36,188 nt of DNA from a virus (taxonomy: Duplodnaviria; Caudoviricetes). This document shows, piece after piece, positions 6,845 through 14,633 of this stretch; within the stretch, counting starts at the first letter, position 1; each line of letters opens with the position of its first letter. Position numbers and translations under genes: made by a program. The notes below the pieces were generated by a model. The model did no database searches. It was not told the DNA's origin and saw nothing but the letters and a program-made list of their open reading frames with translations. The DNA is taken from positions 1 through 36,188 of IMG/VR virus record IMGVR_UViG_3300037309_000022. One strand, written 5' to 3'.

Positions 6845-8450
6845 TCTGCGCCCCTATCAATCCGAGGCAATCTCATCCGTCCTGTCCTATTGGAACCAAG
6901 GCGGCGGCGATCCACTCGTGGAAATGGCCACCGGCCTCGGCAAGTCGGTCGTCATTGCAAAGCTGGTGCAGGATTTGGTGGAAGCCTATCCTACCATGCG
7001 CGTCCTCATGCTGGTTCACACGCGCGAACTGGTCGAGCAAAACGCCAAGCAATTGATGCGCCTGTGGCCGCGTGCGCCCATGGGCATCTATTCAGCCGGG
7101 CTTGGCCGCCGCGATGCCCATCACCCCATTACCTTCGCCTCTATCCAATCCGTCTATCGCAAGGCGGGAATACTCGGGCCGCGCGATCTGGTCTTGATCG
7201 ATGAGTGCCACTTGCTCCCGCACGAAGGGGAGGGGATGTATCGCAAGCTCCTCGCCGATCTGCGCTCCGTCACCCCTGACCTGCGCGTCTGCGGTTTTAC
7301 CGCCACGCCATACCGCATGGACAGCGGGCGGCTGGACAAGAACGGGCTATTCGACAAGACCGTCTACGCATACGGCATCGCACGCGGCATCGATGACGGC
7401 TGGCTCTCGCCCATCGTCTCGCGCGGCTCCAAGACCGAAATCGACGTTTCCGGCGTAGCCAAGCGCGGGGGCGAATTCATCGCCGGGGCCCTCGAAGCGG
7501 CAGCCGATAAGGACAGCATCACGCAAGCGGCCTGCGATGAAATCGAAACGCTTGGCGAGATGCGCCGGTCCTGGCTGATCTTCTGCTCCGGCGTCTCGCA
7601 CGCGCACCACGTCCGGGACGCTCTGCGCTCGCGCGGCATCACCGCCGAAACGGTCACGGGCGAAACGCCGCTCGGCGAGCGGGACCGGATCATCAGCGCA
7701 TACAAGCGCGGGGAAATCCGGGCGCTGACCAATATGTCAGTGCTGACCACTGGTTTCGACGCGCCGAACGTGGACATGATTGCACTGCTCCGCCCCACGC
7801 TTTCGCCCGGTCTTCTCGTCCAGATGATCGGGCGCGGGACCCGGCTCGCCTCCGGCAAAGAGAACTGCCTGATCCTCGATTTTGCTGGGAACATCCGCCG
7901 TCACGGGCCGATCGATACAGTCATGGTGGAAGGCAAGGCGGGAGGCCCTGACGACCCGGAAAAGGTCAAGGTTGAAGACATTCGCGCCAAGGAGTGTCCG
8001 CAATGCTTTTATCTCGCGCCCATCCAAGCGCGGGTGTGCAAGCATTGCGACTGGGTCTTTGTCTCTGACGAACCCAAACACGAGCGCAAAGCCGAAACCG
8101 TCGCCGTTCTCTCGCGCGATCTGCCCAAGGGGCCAACGGCTCTCAGCGTCGTCAATTGGGAAGCGAAGCGCTGGAAAAAGGAAGGCGCGCCGGACTCCGT
8201 TCGCGTCACCTATCACGCCGGGCTCCAATCGATCAGCGAGTGGGTCTGCCCTGAGCATGGCGGATACGCTGGCCAAAAGTTCGAAGGCTTCTGGCTGTCC
8301 ATGGCTGGGCGCTCTCCGGTGCCTCGCTCCGTCACCGACACGCTCGCGCGTTGGTCTGAGTTGCGCCAGCCGACACACATACAAGTCAGGCCGAACGGCA
8401 AGTTCTTCGACGTGGTGGGCCGGAAGCATCTGGCAGGGGTGGCGGCATGA
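6837..8450 (+). CDS. SF2 DEAD/DEAH-box helicase (RadD/YejH-like) with Zn ribbon
   Basis: LRPYQ, ATGLGKS, DECH, TATP, QMIGRGTR, CPQC...CKHC. Confidence 0.92.
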   Translation: MIDLRPYQSEAISSVLSYWNQGGGDPLVEMATGLGKSVVIAKLVQDLVEAYPTMRVLMLVHTRELVEQNAKQLMRLWPRAPMGIYSAGLGRRDAHHPITFASIQSVYRKAGILGPRDLVLIDECHLLPHEGEGMYRKLLADLRSVTPDLRVCGFTATPYRMDSGRLDKNGLFDKTVYAYGIARGIDDGWLSPIVSRGSKTEIDVSGVAKRGGEFIAGALEAAADKDSITQAACDEIETLGEMRRSWLIFCSGVSHAHHVRDALRSRGITAETVTGETPLGERDRIISAYKRGEIRALTNMSVLTTGFDAPNVDMIALLRPTLSPGLLVQMIGRGTRLASGKENCLILDFAGNIRRHGPIDTVMVEGKAGGPDDPEKVKVEDIRAKECPQCFYLAPIQARVCKHCDWVFVSDEPKHERKAETVAVLSRDLPKGPTALSVVNWEAKRWKKEGAPDSVRVTYHAGLQSISEWVCPEHGGYAGQKFEGFWLSMAGRSPVPRSVTDTLARWSELRQPTHIQVRPNGKFFDVVGRKHLAGVAA

Positions 8451-8623
8451 CCAAAAACCCAATCGCCGAAACCGCCGTCAAGCTGCGCGCAGAAGGCTGG
8501 AAGATTGTGGCGATCGCCGCGCATCTCAAGCGCTCCAAGGGGGCTGTCGATAAGTACATCCGGAACGCCAAGCCTGCGCCCTATCTGAAATTGAAAGAGG
8601 CCAAGGCGAATGGACGGTCCTGA
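8447..8623 (+). CDS. Small HTH protein, 58 aa (not in ORF track)
   Basis: ATGA coupling; MTKNPIAETAVKLRAEGWKIVAIAAHLKRSKGAVDKYIR has an HTH pattern. Confidence 0.7.
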   Translation: MTKNPIAETAVKLRAEGWKIVAIAAHLKRSKGAVDKYIRNAKPAPYLKLKEAKANGRS

Positions 8624-8975
8624 CCTCTACACACGCGGGCTCTGCGCGATCTGCCGCCGCCAATGGGCCGGAGCAGCCCATGCCTCAGATTGGGCCGAAC
8701 CACACGGCAATTGGCTCCATATGTGCGACGACCCGGACTGCGTCCGGATTGCTTTTCAGGTGGTGAAGACAATGCGGCAAGACCGTTTCTCAAAACTCGA
8801 AGCCATGGCCACCAAAACAGGCGGGGCCCAAGGCGGAAAATATCTGGACGAAATCGGCAAGACCGATCTGGCCACGCTTTCAGAGGCCGAATTTGAAACC
8901 TTCTGCCGCCGCGTCGTGGCTGGATACCGCATCGCCCTCAAGGAACTGATCGACAGCGAGACGGTTCCATTCTGA
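8610..8975 (+). CDS. DUF6511-like protein with N-terminal Cys motif
   Basis: CAIC...CDDPDC, then GGKYLDEIGKTDLATLSEAEF; recalled as typical of genes preceding phage primases. Confidence 0.65.
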   Translation: MDGPDLYTRGLCAICRRQWAGAAHASDWAEPHGNWLHMCDDPDCVRIAFQVVKTMRQDRFSKLEAMATKTGGAQGGKYLDEIGKTDLATLSEAEFETFCRRVVAGYRIALKELIDSETVPF

Positions 8976-11197
8976 TGAACAACCTTGCCGCCGCATTGGA
9001 CCTGGCCGCTCAAGGGCTTCCCGTCTTCGCCTGCCAATCCAGCGGCGATGACCGGAAAAAGCCCCAGCCGCGCGTGTTCTGGCGATCGGCAGCGACCACA
9101 GAGGCGCGGGCGATCCGGACCATGTGGGACCGGTTTCCTGACTCCGCGCCCGGCGTCAACCTCGAACAGACTCCTTACTTCGTCGTGGACTGCGACACGA
9201 AGGATGCGGATGGACCGAAGTGGTTCGCAACCCTCTGCACCGAAAACCAATTTGACCTTGCCACGGTTCCCATTATCCGCACGCCATCCGGCGGCTGGCA
9301 TGTCTATTTCCGGCGTCCATCCGACTTCAAGGTCACGAACGCGCGCGGGTCGCTACCGCCCAAGGGCGAATGCGGGATCGATATCCGTGGCTCCGGCGGC
9401 TATGTGATCGGTCCAGGCGCTCGCTTGGACAATGGCTGTTACGAGATGACCGGGCCGCGCATTGAGGCGGCTCCTGAGTGCCCTGCGTTCCTGGCCGCCA
9501 TCCTGCGCCCGAAGCCGTCCAGCCCACCGCCTGCGCCCCGCATCTGGGGCGGCGGCGCTGAGAACGCCGGGTACGCCCAAGCGGCGCTTAAGGCTGAGGC
9601 TGATGCGGTAGCGGCCGCGCCAGAGGGGGCGCGTAACGAGACGCTGAACAAGGCGGCGTTTAGTTTAGGCCAACTCGTGGCCGGTGGGGCGCTACGAACG
9701 TCAGAGGTCACGGGCGTTCTAGCCAGCGCCGCAGAAAGCGCTGGGCTCCCGGCCAAAGAGATAGCGGCCACGCTACGATCCGGCCTCTCCGCCGGGGCCA
9801 AGCAGCCGCGCACGCCGCCGGAGCGGCCTGGGCCGGACCCTATCGGCGTCCAGTCAGCGGCGAACCTGACGCGCGCCCGCGAGATTTGCGTTAACCCGGA
9901 CCACGACCCATACACCGGAGAGATTGTCGAGCGGGACCTGTCCGACGCGGCCTTGAGGCCCGGCGGGCTGGTCGAGAGCATCGCCGATTGGATCGTCGAG
10001 AACTCGTTCCGGCCCTGCCGTCTGTTCGCAACCGCAGCAGCCTTGACCGCCGTGGGGACGCTGATGGGCCGCAAGATCGCGTGCGAGGGGTCTGGAACGA
10101 ACCTTTATCAGATGATCGTCGCGGGCACAGCCTTCGGCAAGGACGACCCGCAAGAATTGCTGAAAATGCTTCTAGACAGCGCCGGGGACAAGAACTTGCA
10201 TTTCCCGGCCCAAGCCTCCGCCGCGAAGCTCGGCGTCACGCTGGCGACCGATCCCGTCCACGTCCAGATCATCGACGAAATCGACAGCCTTCTGGGCAAG
10301 GTTCAGGGCAAGAATTCGACGAATCAAGAGCGGGCGCTGCTCCAATCCTATTGCACTCTATGGGGCAAGTCGTTCGGCCAGTTCTCGCCAGAGGGGACGC
10401 TCTCGCGCGGCAATATCAGCATTAAGCATCCATGCGTCTCGATCTTTGGCGCAACGACTCCAAGCAGCTTCTACACGCAATTGAAGTCGGCGTTGATTGC
10501 CGGTGGGTTTCTCAACCGCTTCATCGTCTTGCCGCGCTTCGAGCGGCCCAAGATCAACGAGGGGGACCGGCCATACCGCGACACGGTTCCGGCCCATCTG
10601 GCCAATGCCGCGCAATGGCTGATCCGCTGGACCCCATCGGGCGGCAACCTGGGCGCGACGACATACCTTGCCAGCGCCGCGACTCCCGGCCCTGTTTTGA
10701 ACCTACCCTTAAGCCCTGAGGCCAAGGCAAGGCTCAAGGCCTATAACGCGGAGTTGGAAGCCTACGCCGATCTGAACGGCGATGGGCCCAAGACCATGAT
10801 GCGGTCCAGGCTTGCGGACATGGCCAAGCGCCTCGCCTTGATCGTGACGATCGGTCATCACATCGGCCAGCCGCTTCACGGCGTCCAAGTCGGCCTCGCC
10901 GCCCTCGATTGGGCGATCAACCTGCTCGAATGGTCGGCGTCCGAATTTGCACGCGGCATCGACGATCACCTGGCCGAGACCCAGCACCAAGCCGACGCCA
11001 AGCTGGTGGCAGGCTACATCCGGGAGGCCCGGCGGATTAGGCGGTCCGCGCTCTTAAAAAAGCTGGACCACAAGCTGGACTCCCGCGCCGTCAAATCGAT
11101 CCTCGAACTACTGGTCGATGCGGGTGATGTGGAAATGTACGTGGAAGCCCAAGAGGGGTCCCGGCAGAAGTCCACGTGGTACCGCTGGCGGGGGTAG
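8975..11197 (+). CDS. Bifunctional primase-polymerase (Prim-Pol) fused to PriCT-like and DUF3987-like P-loop domain; replication initiator
   Basis: VVDCD, RTPSGGWHVYF, IDIRGSGGYVIGPG; RNETLNKAAFSLG; GTAFGKD and IIDEID, GFLNRF. Confidence 0.88.
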   Translation: MNNLAAALDLAAQGLPVFACQSSGDDRKKPQPRVFWRSAATTEARAIRTMWDRFPDSAPGVNLEQTPYFVVDCDTKDADGPKWFATLCTENQFDLATVPIIRTPSGGWHVYFRRPSDFKVTNARGSLPPKGECGIDIRGSGGYVIGPGARLDNGCYEMTGPRIEAAPECPAFLAAILRPKPSSPPPAPRIWGGGAENAGYAQAALKAEADAVAAAPEGARNETLNKAAFSLGQLVAGGALRTSEVTGVLASAAESAGLPAKEIAATLRSGLSAGAKQPRTPPERPGPDPIGVQSAANLTRAREICVNPDHDPYTGEIVERDLSDAALRPGGLVESIADWIVENSFRPCRLFATAAALTAVGTLMGRKIACEGSGTNLYQMIVAGTAFGKDDPQELLKMLLDSAGDKNLHFPAQASAAKLGVTLATDPVHVQIIDEIDSLLGKVQGKNSTNQERALLQSYCTLWGKSFGQFSPEGTLSRGNISIKHPCVSIFGATTPSSFYTQLKSALIAGGFLNRFIVLPRFERPKINEGDRPYRDTVPAHLANAAQWLIRWTPSGGNLGATTYLASAATPGPVLNLPLSPEAKARLKAYNAELEAYADLNGDGPKTMMRSRLADMAKRLALIVTIGHHIGQPLHGVQVGLAALDWAINLLEWSASEFARGIDDHLAETQHQADAKLVAGYIREARRIRRSALLKKLDHKLDSRAVKSILELLVDAGDVEMYVEAQEGSRQKSTWYRWRG

Positions 11198-11220
11198 GGC
11201 GCACCATAATCTGAGCTTGG

Positions 11221-11253
11221 AGCCGTCTAAGGGAAGCCTTAGGCGGCTTTTTT
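11221..11253 (+). terminator. Rho-independent terminator ending the replication operon
   Basis: AGCCGTCTAAGG-gaag-CCTTAGGCGGCT followed by a T run. Confidence 0.85.
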
Positions 11254-11259
11254 ATGCTT

Positions 11260-11531
11260 GAGTAGTTCCCCGAGTAGTTCCCAGTAATTCCCGAGTAGTT
11301 CCCACGGATATGGCCGAATCGGACCTATTGATCGTTGCTCGATTTGAGTAGTTCCCAGTGATTCCCACGGCAAATGGGAACTACTCAGGGAGAATTATAT
11401 ATATATATCATATACTTATATGAGTAGTTCCCATAATTCCTGTCTTTTTTGAAAACCTATTAAGAGTTGCGCGCTTAGGTTGTGACTAAACCTAGAGTGT
11501 GTAAACTCTCTCTTGTGTGTGGGAACTACTC
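11260..11531. repeat. Iteron array / putative replication origin
   Basis: GAGTAGTTCCC at 11260, 11272, 11293, 11346, 11422; inverted at 11376 and 11521; degenerate copies at 11283 and 11357; (AT)n tract about 11393-11421. Confidence 0.85.
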
Positions 11532-11550
11532 GTTTTTGGGCCTTGCCAGG

Positions 11551-11579
11551 TTGACAGCCATCCTTGGCCAGCAGATTCT
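11551..11579 (+). promoter_or_regulatory. Putative sigma70 promoter TTGACA-17-GATTCT upstream of the late-regulator gene
   Basis: Perfect -35 and 17-bp spacer; -10 keeps A-11 and T-7 and contains a GANTC site. Confidence 0.5.
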
Positions 11580-11636
11580 CTCCCCGCGCACCTGACCACC
11601 GATTGGCCGCCCATCCCGACAATGGAGCGGCCCAAC

Positions 11637-12152
11637 ATGACCCCAGACCAAATCATTGCCCGATTGCGCGAAGCCGGAGAGGTCGAGCGGGCGCTATCCG
11701 CGCCTCCACGGCCTGCCCAACTCAAGGCCTCGCACCCGCCGGTCGAAAAAACCGCACAGGAGGCCAGGGAGGGCCTTTGGGCTCTGGTCCGCACCGACAT
11801 ATCAGGCAACCCGGTCAAGACCGCTGACGGCACGTATCTGACCGATTGGGACCAATCTTGGACCCGCGCCATGGTTCCGGATCGCCAAGCCCACGACCGA
11901 TACGCCGAAACGCTGACTTGGTTAGTTGCCCTTGGCCAGCATAACCCGCGCTGGCGGATCGCCGTCTGGACATGTTATGCCATGGGCTGGGCTCCCCAAA
12001 TGGCATCGACCCGCATGGTCCCGGCGCTCTGGCGCAATGGGCTCATCACCCGCCGGAAGCCGCCGCACCGCAACACGGTTCGGGAATGGCGCGACGACGG
12101 CATCTTGTGGTTGTCACAACATCTTGCGCCTGGGCTCAAGAAATGCGCTTGA
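11637..12152 (+). CDS. DUF6362-like protein, putative late transcription regulator (Q position)
   Basis: IIARLREAGEVERAL...PDRQAHDRYAETLTWL...RIAVW; GGAG RBS; located between origin and terminase. Confidence 0.6.
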   Translation: MTPDQIIARLREAGEVERALSAPPRPAQLKASHPPVEKTAQEAREGLWALVRTDISGNPVKTADGTYLTDWDQSWTRAMVPDRQAHDRYAETLTWLVALGQHNPRWRIAVWTCYAMGWAPQMASTRMVPALWRNGLITRRKPPHRNTVREWRDDGILWLSQHLAPGLKKCA

Positions 12153-12252
12153 CGACGGGCGGAAAGTGCGCAAATGTGCGGCCAAATCTGAAATCATGAA
12201 CAGTTGCGCCCGAGGTCTTAACAGGCCTGCGGGCCGTTTTGCTTTTACTTTC
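12149..12252 (+). promoter_or_regulatory. Putative late promoter (TTGACG-17-AAATGT) followed by a terminator-like hairpin (12208-12252)
   Basis: GCCCG-AGGTC/GGCCT-g-CGGGC stem then cgttttgcttttactttc, upstream of terS. Confidence 0.5.
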
Positions 12253-12292
12253 ACAAAATGACGCAGCGTCAACAAGTTAGGGATTGAAAACA

Positions 12293-12640
12293 GTGGCCTA
12301 CAAACCGGGCCAGTCTGGCAACCCTGGGGGGCGGCCAAAAGAGCGCCCATGGAAAGACGCGATCAACCGGGCCATCAAGCGCCAAGCCGCTGACGGAAAG
12401 CCGTGGCTCGACAAAATCGCAGATCGGCTTTTGCAAAGCGCCGCTGATGGCGATTTGGTTGCCATTAAAGAGTTGGGCGACCGGCTGGACGGCAAGCCAT
12501 CGCAAATCATCGAAGGTGGCGACGATCCCATCAAATTCGAGGACGTGACGGTTGCTCGCCAAAAACTCGCTGAGAAACTCGCTGCTCTTGTCGAGCCCAG
12601 CGCAGAGGCTGGAAGCGATCAAGGGCCTATCGGAAGCTGA
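12293..12640 (+). CDS. Putative terminase small subunit (DUF5681-type N-terminus)
   Basis: YKPGQSGNPGGRPK motif, ELGDRLDGKP; immediately upstream of and overlapping terL. Start GTG 12293 or TTG 12284. Confidence 0.72.
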   Translation: MAYKPGQSGNPGGRPKERPWKDAINRAIKRQAADGKPWLDKIADRLLQSAADGDLVAIKELGDRLDGKPSQIIEGGDDPIKFEDVTVARQKLAEKLAALVEPSAEAGSDQGPIGS

Positions 12641-13991
12641 GGCCGAGCAACTTCTCTACGACTGGCCGCTCTGGGCACGTCCGGAGCAGCTAGAGCCGCC
12701 TGGCGATTGGATTGGCTGGCTTCCCCTTGCGGGGCGGGGATGGGGCAAGACCCGCACTGGATCGGAATGGGTTCGCGGCCTTGTCGAGGCAAGCCCGGAG
12801 CCGGTTCGCATCGCGCTCGTGGCGGAAACGTCCGCAGACGGGCGGGACGTCATGGTCGAGGGCGACAGCGGCGTCATCGCCGTTTCGCCGCCGTGGTCCC
12901 GGCCTCTCTATGAGCCGTCCAAGCGCCGTCTAACCTGGCCCAACGGATCGATCGCCACGCTGTACGACGCACGCGAGCCGGATCAGCTTCGGGGCCCGCA
13001 ACACCACTTCGCGTGGATGGACGAGTTGGCCAAGTTTCGTTACGGCCGCGAGGTCTACGATAACTTGATGATGGGCCTGCGATTGGGCTCTCGCCCCCGC
13101 TGGCTCGCCACGACGACGCCGCGCCCAACCGAATTGATTAAGGCCATGATCCGCGACCCTGCGGTCAAGGTCACGCGGCACAAAACCAAAGACAACCTCG
13201 CCAACCTCGCGCCGACATTCCGCAAGGCTGTCGTCGAGCGATATGCGGGAACCAGGCTAGGGCGCCAGGAACTCGACGCCGAGGTCCTTGAAGACGTTCC
13301 CGGCGCGTTATGGACGCGGCGCAATATCGACGAATACCGGCGCACGAGGGCAGAGATGCCCGCGCTTCGGCGCATCGTCGTCGCCATCGATCCGGCAGTG
13401 ACCGCGACCAGCGACAGCGACGAAACCGGCATTGTGGTTTGCGGCGTCGACGCAGGGAATCGCGGCTATGTCGTCGACGATCAATCGATCAAAGGCGCGC
13501 CGGAAGTCTGGGCACGCCGGGCCGTTGCGGCCTATCGCCAATACAGCGCCGACGCCATTGTTGTTGAGACCAACCAAGGCGGGGATATGGCCATCGCCAC
13601 GATCCGCGCGATCGATGCGGTGGTCCCGATCAAAAACGTCCACGCATCGCGCGGCAAGTTCATCCGCGCCGAGCCAATTTCTGCGCTGTACGAGCAAGGC
13701 CGCATCTCGCATGTCGGCACGTTCGCGCAGCTCGAAGACCAGATGTGTGGGTTTTCGTCCGAGCGTGGATCGGCCCGCGAGGATGGCTATAGCCCAGACC
13801 GCGTCGACGCTGTCGTCTGGGCCTTTACAGAACTCTTTGGCGACATGATCCGCCCGCCTGTCTCGCAGGCGAAAGACGCGTTGATGCGTCGCCTTGGCGT
13901 CGTGGCCGTGTCAGATCCCATCGACCGGGACGAATGGACGCAAGACGTGCAACGACAGACCGCGCGCTATGGCATCGACGACGACTATTGA
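12552..13991 (+). CDS. terL: Terminase large subunit (Terminase_6 type, RcGTA-like)
   Basis: AGRGWGKT Walker A, LRGPQHHFAWMDELA Walker B, TTTPRP, VAIDPA, SPDRVDA; TTG start with GAGGA RBS. Confidence 0.95.
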   Translation: MLAKNSLRNSLLLSSPAQRLEAIKGLSEAEAEQLLYDWPLWARPEQLEPPGDWIGWLPLAGRGWGKTRTGSEWVRGLVEASPEPVRIALVAETSADGRDVMVEGDSGVIAVSPPWSRPLYEPSKRRLTWPNGSIATLYDAREPDQLRGPQHHFAWMDELAKFRYGREVYDNLMMGLRLGSRPRWLATTTPRPTELIKAMIRDPAVKVTRHKTKDNLANLAPTFRKAVVERYAGTRLGRQELDAEVLEDVPGALWTRRNIDEYRRTRAEMPALRRIVVAIDPAVTATSDSDETGIVVCGVDAGNRGYVVDDQSIKGAPEVWARRAVAAYRQYSADAIVVETNQGGDMAIATIRAIDAVVPIKNVHASRGKFIRAEPISALYEQGRISHVGTFAQLEDQMCGFSSERGSAREDGYSPDRVDAVVWAFTELFGDMIRPPVSQAKDALMRRLGVVAVSDPIDRDEWTQDVQRQTARYGIDDDY

Positions 13992-14442
13992 GCCCTACGA
14001 CGCAGCGGCTCACGCCGAGATCGTCGCCAATCTGAGGCCTATCGACCGGGACGAATGGCAGGCCTGGTCGCATGTGATGACGCCGGATGAGTTGGCCGCA
14101 AGCGAGCTTAGCTTTTGGGCTCAACCACCGGCCCGCGCACAAGCCTGGATCGCGAGAGTTGACGGCAGGCCCGCAGCGTTCATCGGCTTCGCGCCATGTC
14201 TGCTGGATTCGTCCACGGCGAGCATCGGCTGCTACGGCACCGACGATTGGCCAGCCGCCGTGCGCCGACTGACACGATGGGCCGAAGTCGAGTTTCGCGC
14301 GGCGATGCGCGAAGTCGGTTTTACGCACGCGCAGGCGCTCGTCTTCGCCAAGCACGCTGAGGCCCGGCGATGGATCAAGTGGTTCGGCGGCGAAGAGCGC
14401 GAACAGGATGGGGAATTTATTTTAATGAAAGGAATGGTCTGA
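13969..14442 (+). CDS. GNAT-fold protein (T7 gp13-like virion assembly protein)
   Basis: NLRPIDRDEW, DGRPAAFIG, HAEARRWIKWFG resemble gp13-like acyltransferase motifs. Confidence 0.65.
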   Translation: MASTTTIEPYDAAAHAEIVANLRPIDRDEWQAWSHVMTPDELAASELSFWAQPPARAQAWIARVDGRPAAFIGFAPCLLDSSTASIGCYGTDDWPAAVRRLTRWAEVEFRAAMREVGFTHAQALVFAKHAEARRWIKWFGGEEREQDGEFILMKGMV

Positions 14443-14633
14443 TGTGCCTGTCGACGCCGCGCGTAAAAACGCCCGAGCCTGCGAACCTGCAGAAGGCCGA
14501 ACAGGGCGCGGCCATGGCTCAGCTTGACCGGCTGCGCAGCGGCTCTGTCCGCACCATGCTCACAGACCGCACCGGCTCCGCCAATGACGCCAAGCCCGCG
14601 TCGCTCCTGCGGCAAATGTTGGGCGGTTCGTGA
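14442..14633 (+). CDS. Small virion protein, T7 gp6.7-like (MCLSTPRVKTP)
   Basis: TGATG coupling; MC.S.P..KTP N-terminus, LLRQMLGG C-terminus; precedes portal. Confidence 0.65.
   Translation: MCLSTPRVKTPEPANLQKAEQGAAMAQLDRLRSGSVRTMLTDRTGSANDAKPASLLRQMLGGS

Noticed and set aside
11260-11531. Short repeats as a CRISPR array, with the Cas4-like gene as a cas gene
   Set aside because: Repeats are 11 bp, irregularly spaced and in both orientations, with no spacers of uniform length. The Cas4-like nuclease sits in a recombination operon without cas1/cas2.
12552-12640. Programmed frameshift fusing terS and terL
   Set aside because: The 89-nt overlap is explained by a TTG start with a well-spaced GAGGA RBS.
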